From assembly GCA_039915715.1 (NCBI GenBank), contig JBDSMV010000100.1, forward strand, positions 1-38,691: a stretch of 38,691 nt of DNA, written 5' to 3'. Under the pieces are notes generated by a model that worked only from the letters and a program-made list of their open reading frames with translations, was not told the origin of the DNA and searched no databases. This DNA comes from Rubrivivax sp. Lineage in GTDB: Bacteria; Pseudomonadota; Gammaproteobacteria; Burkholderiales; Burkholderiaceae_C. Position numbers and translations under genes: made by a program. This document shows positions 26,741 through 36,897 of the stretch, one piece after another. Position 1 is the first letter of the stretch; every line of letters begins with the position of its first letter.

Positions 26741-27547
26741 TCAGCTGGCCAGCAAGCCGAACACGGCCGGCATCCGCGGCCAGGGCGGCGGCAGCGGCGC
26801 AGCACCTCGGCGCCAGCCAGCCACGCTATCGGTGCGGCTCCAGCCACTGGGCAGGCTCAAGCCGCAACTGACGGTGACCTGGGTCTGCGGCGCCAGCGCT
26901 GCCAGCATGGCCATCCACATGGCCTGGTTGCGGTAAGGCGTCTCGATCAGCAGCTGGGTTTGCGACGCGCGCCGTGACAGCGCTTCCAACTCTTTCAGCC
27001 GCTGCCCGCGCGCGTCGCCGTCCTGCGGCAGGTAGCCCACAAAGGCAAAGCTCTGTCCGTTGAGGCCACTGGCCGCAAGGGCCATCAGCAACGAGCTGGC
27101 TCCTGGCAGCGCGAGCACGGGCACGCCAGCCCGGTGCGCCGCCTGCACCAGCGCCGCGCCGGGGTCTGCCACCGCAGGCAACCCGGCGTCCGAGATCAAC
27201 CCCAGGTCGTGCCCTTGCAGCGCCGGTTGCAGCAGGTCGTGCCACTCCGAAGTCGGCACCGGCTGGCCACTGCCCTTGCGAGCGCGCGGCAGCTCGGCGA
27301 TGGCAATTTCCTGCAGCGGCAGCGCCAGCGGAACGATGGCTGCCACGCGCTTGAGAAAGGCCCGGGCACTGCGTGCGTTCTCCGCCGCCCAATGTCTCAA
27401 GCTGGCGGCGCGCCGGATCGCACCGTCTGCCAACACCGCTCGCAGGTCCACCGGGTCGGCCCCCAGGTCGAGCGCGTTCGGCACCAGCACCAGCGTGCCT
27501 GCAGCTGGCGCGGTGGATTCGAGGGTAGCGTGCGAATCAATCTCCAT
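26741..27547 (-). CDS. Tetrapyrrole-methylase-family SAM methyltransferase (RsmI-like)
   Basis: GTL.LVPN, LISDAG.PAVADPG, LPGASSL.MAL.ASGLNGQ.F.F.GYLP, IETPYRN. Confidence 0.88.
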   Translation of the reverse strand: MEIDSHATLESTAPAAGTLVLVPNALDLGADPVDLRAVLADGAIRRAASLRHWAAENARSARAFLKRVAAIVPLALPLQEIAIAELPRARKGSGQPVPTSEWHDLLQPALQGHDLGLISDAGLPAVADPGAALVQAAHRAGVPVLALPGASSLLMALAASGLNGQSFAFVGYLPQDGDARGQRLKELEALSRRASQTQLLIETPYRNQAMWMAMLAALAPQTQVTVSCGLSLPSGWSRTDSVAGWRRGAAPLPPPWPRMPAVFGLLAS

Positions 27548-28142
27548 CGGGGGCACGCAACGGGTCGATGCCGACCGCACGCAGCAGGCGCGCCGTGCGG
27601 ATCAACGGCAAGCCGATCAACGCGGTGGGATCGTCGCTGTCGATGCGTTCCAACAGGGCGATGCCGAGGGCTTCGCAGCGCGCGCTTCCGGCGCAGTCGT
27701 AGGGCTGCTCGAGCCGCAGGTAGGCGGCGATGTCGGCGTCGCTCAGGTTACGGAACCGCACCGCGACGGTGGCCACATCGGCCTGTTCGAATCCGCTCGA
27801 CCGCTGCAGCACAGCGACTGCGGTGTGGAACTGCACATCGCGACCCTGGAGCTTTCTAAGCTGTGCCACTGCACCCGGGTGGTCACCGGGTTTGCCGATC
27901 GGCTCGGCATCGACTTCAGCCACCTGATCCGAACCGATCACGACCGAGTCACGGTGGGATACGGCCACCGCGCGAGCCTTGGCAAGGGCCAGGCGCAAAG
28001 CCAGCGCCCGAGGTGCCTCGCCCGCACGCGGGGTTTCCTCGACATCGGGTGCCACTACATCGAACGGCAGTTGCAGACGCGATAGCAGTTCGCGCCGGTA
28101 GCGAGAGGTCGAAGCGAGGATCAGGTGTTTCGAGCGGGGCAT
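27537..28142 (-). CDS. maf: Maf-family nucleoside triphosphate pyrophosphatase (YceF-like)
   Basis: LILASTS.YRRELL, DVEE, AKA, IGSDQV, GKP, CAGS, LIGLP; divergent from yceD. Confidence 0.93.
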   Translation of the reverse strand: MPRSKHLILASTSRYRRELLSRLQLPFDVVAPDVEETPRAGEAPRALALRLALAKARAVAVSHRDSVVIGSDQVAEVDAEPIGKPGDHPGAVAQLRKLQGRDVQFHTAVAVLQRSSGFEQADVATVAVRFRNLSDADIAAYLRLEQPYDCAGSARCEALGIALLERIDSDDPTALIGLPLIRTARLLRAVGIDPLRAPDGD

Positions 28143-28304
28143 TCGGTGGTGGTAGCAAGGGAGGCTAGCAAGGGGTGGTGGCAAGGGCTGGACCGGCCCA
28201 GGGATCCCGACATTCTCGGTGCATGGATCGGGCTCACATGGGGCCATCGCGCGTCAGGCCCTGGCTACACTCGCTGGCGTGACCTGCAGCAACAACGCAT
28301 TCCA

Positions 28305-28853
28305 GTGAGCCACCGGCCATCCGACCCCAAAGCCATCGAACTGGGTGGCTTTTGCCGTCAGGCCATGATTGTCTCGGGCGCGCTTCCGTTGACTTCTCTC
28401 GAGCGGTTGGCCACAGGATTCAGCGCCTTGCCCGATGGCGACGTGTCGTGGTCGGCCGCAGGCAGCACGGTGCCGATGGCCGGGGGTGCAGACGCGATGT
28501 GGCTGCACTTGCGGGCCTCGGCGGTGGTGCCACTGCAGTGCCAACGATGCCTGCAGACCCTGGCCGAACCGCTGCGCGTCGACCGCCGGATGCGCTTTGT
28601 GCGAACCGAGGACGAAGCCGCGCGGCTGGACGAGGAACTGGAAGACGACGTGCTGGTGCTGCCGCCGCGCCTGGATCTGCACGGCCTTCTCGAAGACGAA
28701 TTGATCCTGGCGCTGCCGCTGGTACCGCGGCATGAGCGCTGCCCGCAGCCGCTGCCGACGCCCGCCCAAAACGCAGCCAACGACAGCGCCCCGGCGCCGA
28801 ACCCTTTCGCAGCGCTGGCGGCATTGCGTAAAACGGACGGCGCCGATCGGTAG
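28305..28853 (+). CDS. yceD: YceD/DUF177 family protein
   Basis: L.CQRCL, LLEDELILALPLVPRH..C, NPFAALA.L; directly upstream of rpmF. GTG start uncertain. Confidence 0.9.
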   Translation: MSHRPSDPKAIELGGFCRQAMIVSGALPLTSLERLATGFSALPDGDVSWSAAGSTVPMAGGADAMWLHLRASAVVPLQCQRCLQTLAEPLRVDRRMRFVRTEDEAARLDEELEDDVLVLPPRLDLHGLLEDELILALPLVPRHERCPQPLPTPAQNAANDSAPAPNPFAALAALRKTDGADR

Positions 28854-28963
28854 CGGGTCGCTGGCTGATTGACAGTGAGTCGCGTGTGCCGCACTGCTCC
28901 CTGGTGTGCGTCGGTTGTGGACGATTCCCCGGCTCCAGGCGTGTTTTCGGTCCCGAACCGGCT

Positions 28964-28972
28964 TGATATACT
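28964..28972 (+). promoter_or_regulatory. Extended -10 promoter element upstream of rpmF
   Basis: TG-A-TATACT in the yceD-rpmF intergenic region. Confidence 0.5.
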
Positions 28973-29105
28973 CATGGGCTTTGCCGTCGCGGCCGGCCGC
29001 CTCGCCGAGGTCCGCACGAACCGTGCCGACCACGCAGCAGGCAGCCAGCATTGAGTGCGGCGCCGATGCAGCGCCCATGCGCGCCGCCCATCTTTGGAGA
29101 ATCTT

Positions 29106-29288
29106 ATGGCCGTTCAGCAGAACAAGAAGTCGCCGTCCAAGCGCGGCATGCACCGCTCGCACAACGCCGTGGCAGCGCCGGGCATCGCGATCGAGCCGAC
29201 CACGGGCGAGGTGCACTTGCGCCACCACATCAGCCCCACGGGTTTCTACCGTGGGCGCAAGGTCATCAAGACCAAGGCCGACGCCTGA
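29106..29288 (+). CDS. rpmF: 50S ribosomal protein L32
   Basis: [19 protein letters not shown]...[16 protein letters not shown]; GGAGA RBS. Confidence 0.98.
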   Translation: MAVQQNKKSPSKRGMHRSHNAVAAPGIAIEPTTGEVHLRHHISPTGFYRGRKVIKTKADA

Positions 29289-29474
29289 TCGGGCGTTGGC
29301 GGGTCGCGTGCCGGCCCGTCTCATGCTGCGTGACGCGGCTTCTGCCCGCAATTCAGGACTTGCGTCAGCGCACAGCAACCGCCACGGTTCGGTCAACCGC
29401 GTCGGGCTGGTGGCTTCGCTTGCGGCGTAGGCCACTGCGTCTCGCACGGATTTGCCGACAACCCCCATTCGGCC

Positions 29475-30632
29475 ATGTCGACTTTGCCGCCGCCTGACGC
29501 GTTTGCCGGACGGGCGCTCGCGCCGCTGCCGCTGGTGCGCATCGCCGTCGACTGCATGGGCGGCGACCACGGCCCTTCGGTCACACTGCCGGCCTGCCGG
29601 GCCTTTCTGGCCAAGCACCCCGATGTCGAATTGATCCTGGTCGGCACCGAAGCCGCCATCGGCTCGACAACGTTGCCTCGCTGCACCTTCGTGGCTGCCA
29701 CCGAGGTAGTGGCGATGGACGATTCGATCGAGGTGGCGCTGCGGCGCAAGCGCGATTCGTCGATGCGGGTGGCGCTGCAGCAGTTGAAGGGCGACGCGCA
29801 TGCTTGTGTGTCGGCCGGCAACACAGGTGCGCTGATGGCGTTGGCGCGCTATCTGCTGAAGACACTCGATGGCATCGACCGGCCGGCCATCGCGACCGTG
29901 ATGCCCAACCGCCTGGACGGCTACACCACGGTGCTGGACCTGGGCGCCAATGTCGACTGCACGCCCGAACACCTGCTGCAGTTCGCGGTCATGGGCAGTG
30001 CCCTGGTGTCTGCGGTGGATGGCAAGCCGGAGCCCAGCGTCGGGCTGCTGAACATCGGCGAGGAAACGATCAAGGGCAGCGACACCATCAAGCAGGCGGG
30101 CGAATTGCTGCGGGCGGCAGGCGAGCGCGGGACCATTCGTTTCCATGGCAACGTGGAAGGCAACGACATCTTCAAGGGCACCGTCGACGTGGTCGTTTGC
30201 GATGGCTTCGTCGGCAACGTGCTGCTGAAAACCGCCGAAGGCCTGGCGTCGATGCTGGCGGACTTCATCCGCCAGGAGTTCACGCGCGGCCTGTTCAGCA
30301 AGCTGGCTGCCGCGGTGGCATTGCCGGTGTTGAACCGCTTCAAGCGCCGGGTCGACCCCCGGCGCTACAACGGCGCGGCGCTGTTGGGCTTGCGCGGGCT
30401 GGTGTTCAAGAGCCATGGTTCTGCCGATGCCTTCGCCTTCGAGCAGGCCCTGGCGCGCGCTTATGATGCGGCGCGCAACCGGCTGCTCGACCGTGTGCGC
30501 GAGCGCATCGGGCCCACGCTGGCTGCGCTGCCGGCGGCAGCCGATGTCGATGCCGCAACTGCGGTGGCCGGGGTTTCGCCACTGCCGGGACTTGCGGGCC
30601 TCGCCGGCACGGCCAACGAATCTCCCGCATGA
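29475..30632 (+). CDS. plsX: Phosphate acyltransferase PlsX
   Basis: [52 protein letters not shown]. Confidence 0.97.
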   Translation: MSTLPPPDAFAGRALAPLPLVRIAVDCMGGDHGPSVTLPACRAFLAKHPDVELILVGTEAAIGSTTLPRCTFVAATEVVAMDDSIEVALRRKRDSSMRVALQQLKGDAHACVSAGNTGALMALARYLLKTLDGIDRPAIATVMPNRLDGYTTVLDLGANVDCTPEHLLQFAVMGSALVSAVDGKPEPSVGLLNIGEETIKGSDTIKQAGELLRAAGERGTIRFHGNVEGNDIFKGTVDVVVCDGFVGNVLLKTAEGLASMLADFIRQEFTRGLFSKLAAAVALPVLNRFKRRVDPRRYNGAALLGLRGLVFKSHGSADAFAFEQALARAYDAARNRLLDRVRERIGPTLAALPAAADVDAATAVAGVSPLPGLAGLAGTANESPA

Positions 30633-31636
30633 ATCCAGAGGCTCCCATCAGCGACCTGCCTGTTCGTCACGCCCGCATCACCGGTACCGGCTCGCACCTG
30701 CCGCCGCGGCGACTGACCAACACGGATCTGGCGCGCATGCTGGCCGAGCGTGGCCAGGAGACCAGCGATGCCTGGATCGTCGAGCGCACGGGCATCCACG
30801 CGCGGCATTTCGCCGACGATGGCGTGGTGTGCAGCGACCTGGCGCTGCACGCCGCCCGCGCGGCACTGGAGGCTGCCGGCCGCAGCGCTGCGGAACTCGA
30901 CCTGATCATCGTTGCCACGTCGACACCGGACATGGTGTTCCCGTCGACTGCCTGCATCCTGCAGCACAAGCTGGGCGCCAATGGCTGTGCTGCCTTCGAC
31001 CTGCAGGCCGTGTGCTCGGGCTTCGTCTACGCCCTGGCTGTGGCCGATTCGATGGTGAAGTCCGGTGCCGCGCGTTGCGCACTGGTGGTCGGTGCCGAAA
31101 TCTTCTCTCGCATCCTCGACTTCGACGACCGCAGCACCTGCGTGCTGTTCGGCGATGGCGCCGGCGCCGTCGTGCTGGAAGCCAGCGACGAACCCGGCAT
31201 CCTGGCCTGCGAGTTGCACGCCGATGGCCGCCATGTCGGCATCCTGTGCGTGCCGGGCAGCGTGGCCGGCGGGCAGGTGGTGGGCGACCCGCTCTTGAAG
31301 ATGGACGGTCAGGCGGTGTTCAAGCTGGCGGTGGGGGTGCTGGAAAGCGCCGCCCGCAGCGTGCTGGCCAAGGCCGGTCGCACCGAGAGTGATGTCGACT
31401 GGTTGATTCCCCACCAGGCCAACATCCGCATCATGCAAGGCACGGCCAAGAAGCTGAAGCTGTCGCTCGACAAGCTGGTGGTGACGGTGGACGAGCACGG
31501 CAACACCTCGGCGGCCTCGGTGCCACTGGCGCTCGACGTGGCGGTGCGCAGCGGCCGGGTCAAGCGCGGCGACACAGTGTTGCTCGAAGGCGTCGGTGGC
31601 GGTTTCACCTGGGGTGCGGTGCTGCTCGACTTCTGA
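30629..31636 (+). CDS. fabH: Beta-ketoacyl-ACP synthase III
   Basis: [42 protein letters not shown]. Confidence 0.97.
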   Translation: MNPEAPISDLPVRHARITGTGSHLPPRRLTNTDLARMLAERGQETSDAWIVERTGIHARHFADDGVVCSDLALHAARAALEAAGRSAAELDLIIVATSTPDMVFPSTACILQHKLGANGCAAFDLQAVCSGFVYALAVADSMVKSGAARCALVVGAEIFSRILDFDDRSTCVLFGDGAGAVVLEASDEPGILACELHADGRHVGILCVPGSVAGGQVVGDPLLKMDGQAVFKLAVGVLESAARSVLAKAGRTESDVDWLIPHQANIRIMQGTAKKLKLSLDKLVVTVDEHGNTSAASVPLALDVAVRSGRVKRGDTVLLEGVGGGFTWGAVLLDF

Positions 31637-31685
31637 AGACGCAGCAGACGCTTTGCACCGCCCGCACAGAGAGATCAACCATTCC

Positions 31686-32624
31686 ATGCCTGCTTTCGCA
31701 TTCGTCTTTCCCGGCCAGGGTTCCCAGGCCGTCGGCATGCTCGACGGCTTCGGCGACCACCCGGCGGTGTTGCGAACGTTGCAAGAGGCCTCTGACGCCA
31801 TCGACCTCGATCTGGGCAGCCTGATCCGCAGCGGACCGAAAGAGCGCCTCGACCTCACCACCAACACCCAGCCGGTGATGCTGGCTGCAGGCATCGCCTG
31901 CCTGAACGCCTGGCGCGCCGAGGGCGGGGCCGAACCTGCGGCGGTGGCCGGACATTCGCTCGGCGAGTACAGCGCTTTGGTGGCTGCCGGTGCGTTGGAT
32001 CTTGCCGACGCGATGCCGCTGGTGCGGCTGCGTGCCGAAGCCATGCAGAAGGCCGTGCCGGTGGGCGAAGGTGCGATGGCGGCGATCCTGGGGCTGGATG
32101 CCGAGGTCGTCCGCAAGGCCTGCGCCGAGATCGAACAGGAGCGCGGGCAGCCGGTGGCGGCCGCCAACTACAACGATCCGAAACAGACCGTGATCGCCGG
32201 CAGCAAGGCGGCTGTCGACGCGGCCTGCCTGCGGCTGAAGGAGATGGGTGCGAAACGCGCGCTGCTGCTGGCGGTGTCGGCGCCGTTCCACTCGCCACTG
32301 ATGCGGCCTGCGGCCGAGGCGCTGCGCGGGCGGCTGGCCACGGTGCCGATTCGGTCCCCGCGCCTGCCGGTGATCAACAACATCGACGTGGCGGTGTGCA
32401 GCGACCCCGACGACATCCGCGACGCACTCTATCGCCAGGCCTTCGGTCCGGTGCGTTGGGTCGAAGTGGTGCATGCGTTGCAAGCGCGCGGTTTGCAGAC
32501 GGTGGTCGAATGCGGACCGGGCAAGGTGCTGGCAGGCCTGCTCAAGCGCATCGACGCCAACATCACGGCAGCGACCGTGGCCGACCCGGCCAGCCTGCAG
32601 GCCACCAAGGAGTTGGTCGCTTGA
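31686..32624 (+). CDS. fabD: Malonyl-CoA:ACP transacylase
   Basis: FVFPGQGSQ, GHSLGEY, VSAPFHS, GPGKVL. Start at ATG 31686. Confidence 0.97.
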   Translation: MPAFAFVFPGQGSQAVGMLDGFGDHPAVLRTLQEASDAIDLDLGSLIRSGPKERLDLTTNTQPVMLAAGIACLNAWRAEGGAEPAAVAGHSLGEYSALVAAGALDLADAMPLVRLRAEAMQKAVPVGEGAMAAILGLDAEVVRKACAEIEQERGQPVAAANYNDPKQTVIAGSKAAVDAACLRLKEMGAKRALLLAVSAPFHSPLMRPAAEALRGRLATVPIRSPRLPVINNIDVAVCSDPDDIRDALYRQAFGPVRWVEVVHALQARGLQTVVECGPGKVLAGLLKRIDANITAATVADPASLQATKELVA

Positions 32625-33391
32625 ACCCGCCGCAGCCAATCCATACCCCCGAGCCGATGACGGCCCTGGTCACCGGCGCCTCGCGCGGCATCGGCCGCGC
32701 GGTGGCGCTGGCGCTGGCGCATGCCGGCTGCCGCGTGGTCGGCACCGCCACCACCCAAGCCGGCGCCGAGCGCATCGGCCAGATGCTGGCAGCCAATGGC
32801 GCGGGACCCGCTGGCAGCGGCATCGTGCTCGACGTCACCGATGGCCCAGCGCTGGACGCCGCCATCGACGGCATCGTCAAACAGCACGGCGGGTTGCAGG
32901 TGCTGGTCAACAACGCCGGCATCACGCGCGACATGTTGTCGATGCGCATGAAAGACGACGACTGGGACGCCGTGCACGACACCAACCTGAAAGCGGTGTT
33001 CAGAGCCTGCCGCGCTGCCAGCCGGCCGATGATGAAACAGCGCTTCGGCCGCATCGTCAACATCACGTCGGTGGTGGGAGCGATCGGCAATGCCGGGCAG
33101 GCCAATTACGCGGCTGCCAAGGCGGGTGTGGCGGGTCTGTCACGGGCCTTGGCCCGCGAGCTGGGCAGCCGCAACATCACGGTCAACTGCGTGGCCCCCG
33201 GTTTCATTGCCACCGACATGACCGAAAGTCTTCCAACAGCCGCTCGCCAGGCGCTGCTGGCGCAGATTCCGCTGGCGCGCCTGGGCGAGGCCGAAGAGGT
33301 GGCTCATGCGGTGGTGTTCCTGGCGAGCCGCCAGGCCGGCTACATCACCGGCGCCGAGTTGCATGTCAATGGCGGCATGCACATGAATTGA
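32621..33391 (+). CDS. fabG: 3-oxoacyl-ACP reductase
   Basis: TGASRGIG, NNAGITRD, NYAAAK, VAPGFI.TDMT. TTG start overlaps the fabD stop with AGGAG upstream (alternative ATG 32657). Confidence 0.96.
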   Translation: MNPPQPIHTPEPMTALVTGASRGIGRAVALALAHAGCRVVGTATTQAGAERIGQMLAANGAGPAGSGIVLDVTDGPALDAAIDGIVKQHGGLQVLVNNAGITRDMLSMRMKDDDWDAVHDTNLKAVFRACRAASRPMMKQRFGRIVNITSVVGAIGNAGQANYAAAKAGVAGLSRALARELGSRNITVNCVAPGFIATDMTESLPTAARQALLAQIPLARLGEAEEVAHAVVFLASRQAGYITGAELHVNGGMHMN

Positions 33392-33543
33392 AGCAGGCGA
33401 GTTGAAACCCGCCAGGCCGTGTTGTTGCCCCTTCTGCCGCCCTTCCAGCGGCCGGGGTTTAACCCGGTCGGCGGCATCCAAACCCCAAGCGGGCCACCGG
33501 TAGAATCGCCGGTTGTCCGTACGATCCCACTCCCGGAGGAGTC

Positions 33544-33783
33544 ATGAGCGATATCGAAGCCCGAGTCAAGAAAATCATTGCCGAACAACTCGGCGTTCCC
33601 GAGTCCGATGTCACCAACGAAAAGGCCTTCGTTGCCGATCTGGGAGCCGACTCGCTCGACACCGTCGAACTGGTGATGGCGCTTGAAGACGAGTTCAGCA
33701 TCGAGATTCCGGACGAAGAAGCCGAGAAGATCACCACGGTGCAGTTGGCGATCGACTACGCGTCGAGCCACCAGAAGGCCTGA
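33544..33783 (+). CDS. acpP: Acyl carrier protein
   Basis: [17 protein letters not shown]; GGAGGAG RBS; upstream TAGAAT at 33501-33506. Confidence 0.98.
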   Translation: MSDIEARVKKIIAEQLGVPESDVTNEKAFVADLGADSLDTVELVMALEDEFSIEIPDEEAEKITTVQLAIDYASSHQKA

Positions 33784-33799
33784 AGGCGGTGGCCCACAG

Positions 33800-35044
33800 A
33801 TGACCCGCCGGCGTGTCGTCGTCACCGGCCTCGGGCTCATCAGCCCGGTCGGCAATTCGGTCGCCGAGGGCTGGTCCAACCTGGTGGCTGGAAAGTCCGG
33901 CATCGATCTCATCACCAAGTTCGACGCATCGGCCTTTGCCTGCCGCGTTGCCGGTGAGGTCAAGGACTTTCGGATCGATGACTACATCCCGGCCAAGGAA
34001 GCGCGCCACATGGATGTCTTCATCCATTACGGCATGGCTGCGGCGATTCAGGCGGTGCAGGATGCGGGGTTGCCCCATGGCGCGACGCTGTCCGAAGCCG
34101 ACGCCGAGCGCATCGGTTGCCTGATCGGCTCGGGGATCGGGGGGCTGCCGATGATTGAGCAGACCTGCGACGAGTACCGCGCCCGCGGCCCGCGCCGCAT
34201 CACACCGTTTTTCGTGCCGGCCTCGATCATCAACATGATTTCGGGCCATGTCTCGATCAAGTACGGCTTCACCGGGCCGAACATGGCCATCGTCACCGCC
34301 TGCACCACCGGTCTGCATTGCATCGGCGAAGCGGGTCGGTTGATCGAGTACGGCGATGCCGATGTGATGGTGGCGGGGGGCGCCGAGAGCACGGTGTCGC
34401 CACTGGGCATCGGGGGCTTCGCGGCTGCACGCGCGCTGTCGACCCGCAACGACGACCCGAAGACCGCGTCGCGCCCCTGGGACCGCGACCGCGACGGCTT
34501 CGTGCTCGGCGAAGGTGCCGGCGTGCTGGTGCTTGAGGAATACGAGCATGCGAAGCAGCGCGGCGCGAAGATCTATGCCGAGCTGGCTGGCTTCGGCATG
34601 GGCGCCGACGCGTACCACATGACGGCGCCCAACGTCGACGGCCCGAAGCGGTCGATGCTGGCGGCGTTGCGCAATTCGCGCATCAATGCCGATGAGGTCA
34701 ACTACCTCAATGCGCATGGCACCAGCACGCCGCTCGGTGACCTGAACGAGACCAACGCCGTCAAGCTCGCCTTCGGCGCACATGCGAATAAGCTGGTGCT
34801 CAGTTCCAGCAAGTCGATGACCGGCCACCTGCTGGGGGGCGCCGGCGGGGTCGAGTCGTTGTTCACGGTGCTGGCGCTGCACCACCAGGTCGCACCGCCC
34901 ACCATCAATATCTTCAACCCCGACCCGCAATGCGATCTGGACTACTGCGCCAACGAGGCGCGAGCGATGAAGATCGATGTGGCGGTGAAGAACAATTTCG
35001 GGTTCGGTGGCACCAACGGCACGCTGGTGTTCCGGCGCGCCTGA
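33800..35044 (+). CDS. fabF: Beta-ketoacyl-ACP synthase II
   Basis: RRVVVTGLG, TACTTG, DGFVLGEGAG, NAHGTSTP.GD, GHLLG.AG, N.FGFGG.N. Confidence 0.97.
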   Translation: MTRRRVVVTGLGLISPVGNSVAEGWSNLVAGKSGIDLITKFDASAFACRVAGEVKDFRIDDYIPAKEARHMDVFIHYGMAAAIQAVQDAGLPHGATLSEADAERIGCLIGSGIGGLPMIEQTCDEYRARGPRRITPFFVPASIINMISGHVSIKYGFTGPNMAIVTACTTGLHCIGEAGRLIEYGDADVMVAGGAESTVSPLGIGGFAAARALSTRNDDPKTASRPWDRDRDGFVLGEGAGVLVLEEYEHAKQRGAKIYAELAGFGMGADAYHMTAPNVDGPKRSMLAALRNSRINADEVNYLNAHGTSTPLGDLNETNAVKLAFGAHANKLVLSSSKSMTGHLLGGAGGVESLFTVLALHHQVAPPTINIFNPDPQCDLDYCANEARAMKIDVAVKNNFGFGGTNGTLVFRRA

Positions 35045-35050
35045 GGCTGC

Positions 35051-35557
35051 ATGCAAGCGGCGCCGCCGGTCAGCGTGCGGGGCTCCGGCGGCGTCGTCTG
35101 GCGCCTGGGGTGCGCGTTGTTGCCAGCGCTTGCAGCGATGGTTTTCGCGGCGTGGATGCTGGCGCACTCGGGCATTGAGGGATGGCGCCTCGGCGCTGCT
35201 TCTATGGCGGCTGGGGTCGTGACCATCTGCATGGCTCGCAGCACCGTTGCAGCAGTGCAGCGCGGTCGGTCTCAGACCCGCTGGTGGGCTGCCGTTGCGA
35301 CCGAGCTGCGCTGGGACGGCCAGCAATGGTATTGCGGTGCCAGTGCCAATTCCGATCCTGATGTCGTCATCGAGCCCGACGTGATGATCGATCTGGATGG
35401 CTGGCTGCTGCTGCGACTGCGCGCACCGGGTGGCGGCGTGTCCCGTTGGATGCCGATCACCGCGGCAGAGGCCGGCAACGCCTGGCACGACCTGCGCGCA
35501 GCCTTGTACGCGCGGGCTCCGCAGGTGGCTGCGTCCGTGGCGGCGACACGTCGTTAG
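35051..35557 (+). CDS. Hypothetical two-TM membrane protein (YgfX-like architecture)
   Basis: Fills the fabF-rpoE gap exactly; two TMs, then L.WDG..W...LLLRL...W.P......W..LR..L. Confidence 0.6.
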   Translation: MQAAPPVSVRGSGGVVWRLGCALLPALAAMVFAAWMLAHSGIEGWRLGAASMAAGVVTICMARSTVAAVQRGRSQTRWWAAVATELRWDGQQWYCGASANSDPDVVIEPDVMIDLDGWLLLRLRAPGGGVSRWMPITAAEAGNAWHDLRAALYARAPQVAASVAATRR

Positions 35558-35565
35558 GCGTTTGA

Positions 35566-36174
35566 ATGGCTGACGGCGATGCCGACGCCCTGTTGGTCGA
35601 ACGCGTCAAGCGGGGCGACGTGCGCGCCTTCGAGATGCTGGTGGTCAAGTACCAGCGCCGGATCGAGCGGTTGATCGGCCGCATGGTGCGCGACAGTGAC
35701 CTGGTGCAGGACATCGCGCAGGAGACCTTCATCCGCGCCTACCGGGCGATCCCGCAGTTCCGTGGCGACAGCGCCTTCTACACCTGGCTCTACCGGATCG
35801 CGGTCAATTCCGCCAAGAAGGCGCTCAGCGACATGAAGCGCGATCCGCTGGTGCTGGAATCGTCGCGCCGCGTTTCCGAGGATGGTGAAGAAACTTCGCG
35901 GGCCGAGAATGAACTAACCGACGGCGAGACACCCGAAGCCCTGCTGGCCACCAAAGAGATCGGCGCTGCGGTCAATTCCGCCATCGAAGCGCTGTCTGAA
36001 GATCTGCGCCAGGCGATCACGCTGCGCGAGATCGAAGGCCTCAGTTACGAAGAGATCGCCGAAGCCATGAACTGCCCCATTGGCACCGTCCGTTCCCGCA
36101 TCTTCCGCGCCCGAGAAGCAATCGCCACCCGACTGCGCCCGTTGCTGGACACCGCCAGCGGCGAGCGCTGGTGA
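35566..36174 (+). CDS. rpoE: ECF sigma factor RpoE (sigma-E)
   Basis: LVERV..GD..AF..LV.KYQ, QE.FI.AYRA...FRGDSAFYTWLYRIAVN, LREIEGLSYEEIA..M.CPIGTVRSRIFRARE. Confidence 0.97.
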   Translation: MADGDADALLVERVKRGDVRAFEMLVVKYQRRIERLIGRMVRDSDLVQDIAQETFIRAYRAIPQFRGDSAFYTWLYRIAVNSAKKALSDMKRDPLVLESSRRVSEDGEETSRAENELTDGETPEALLATKEIGAAVNSAIEALSEDLRQAITLREIEGLSYEEIAEAMNCPIGTVRSRIFRAREAIATRLRPLLDTASGERW

Positions 36175-36201
36175 GGCAGAAACCCAGAAAGCACCGAAGC
36201 G

Positions 36202-36897
36202 ATGACCACTCATCTCGATCTTTTTGCCCACGACCGCGTCGCCGATGACCAGCAGACCTGCCTGTCCGGACTGGCCGATGGTGAGGCGGCTGCGGTCGAC
36301 GCGGCTTGCAGTCGCTGGCGCGACGATCCCGAGGCGCGGCGCACGTGGCATGCCTACCACCTGATCGGCGATGTCATGCGCTCCGACGAACTGGCCACCA
36401 GGCCCGCTCACGATGCGGCCTTCATGGCTGCGTTGCGACAACGGCTGGCGGCGGAGCCGGTGGTGCTGGCACCGGCTTCGGCCACGTCCGCAAGCCCGGC
36501 GCGGCGCCAATCCTGGTTGCTGCCGGTAGCGGCCGCGGCCGGCTTCGTGGTGGTGGCGGGGGTGCTGGTGCTGACACGCCCTGCAGCGCCCGATGCCGCT
36601 GGCGGATCGGAGGCCACAGCGTCGCGCCTGGCGATTGCCGACCGCACGGTGCCGGTCGCGCCGACGGGTTCCAGTGGTGAGCCGCTGATCGCGGTCTCGG
36701 GCCCGCAGCAACCGGGAGGTGGCGCAGGGTTGCGCCCGGCGCCGCTCAGCCCCATGCCCGCACCGATGTTGGTGCGGGATGCCCGACTCGACGACTACTT
36801 GCGGGCCCATCAAGCTGCTGGCGGCTTGGCTGCGGCCACGCCCGGCGGCTGGCTGCAGCGGGTCGATTCGCGCGTGTCACAACCGCCCGAGCGTTGA
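36202..36897 (+). CDS. rseA: Anti-sigma-E factor RseA/MucA
   Basis: LS.LADGE, W..YHLIGDVMR, single TM, YL.AHQ. Confidence 0.92.
   Translation: MTTHLDLFAHDRVADDQQTCLSGLADGEAAAVDAACSRWRDDPEARRTWHAYHLIGDVMRSDELATRPAHDAAFMAALRQRLAAEPVVLAPASATSASPARRQSWLLPVAAAAGFVVVAGVLVLTRPAAPDAAGGSEATASRLAIADRTVPVAPTGSSGEPLIAVSGPQQPGGGAGLRPAPLSPMPAPMLVRDARLDDYLRAHQAAGGLAAATPGGWLQRVDSRVSQPPER

Noticed and set aside
29106-29288. L32 lacking zinc-binding cysteines
   Set aside because: Normal for proteobacterial L32; not a zinc-starvation paralogue.
28254-35488. Long minus-strand ORFs (28254..30416, 30461..32167, 33731..35488)
   Set aside because: Antisense shadows of yceD/rpmF/plsX/fab genes.
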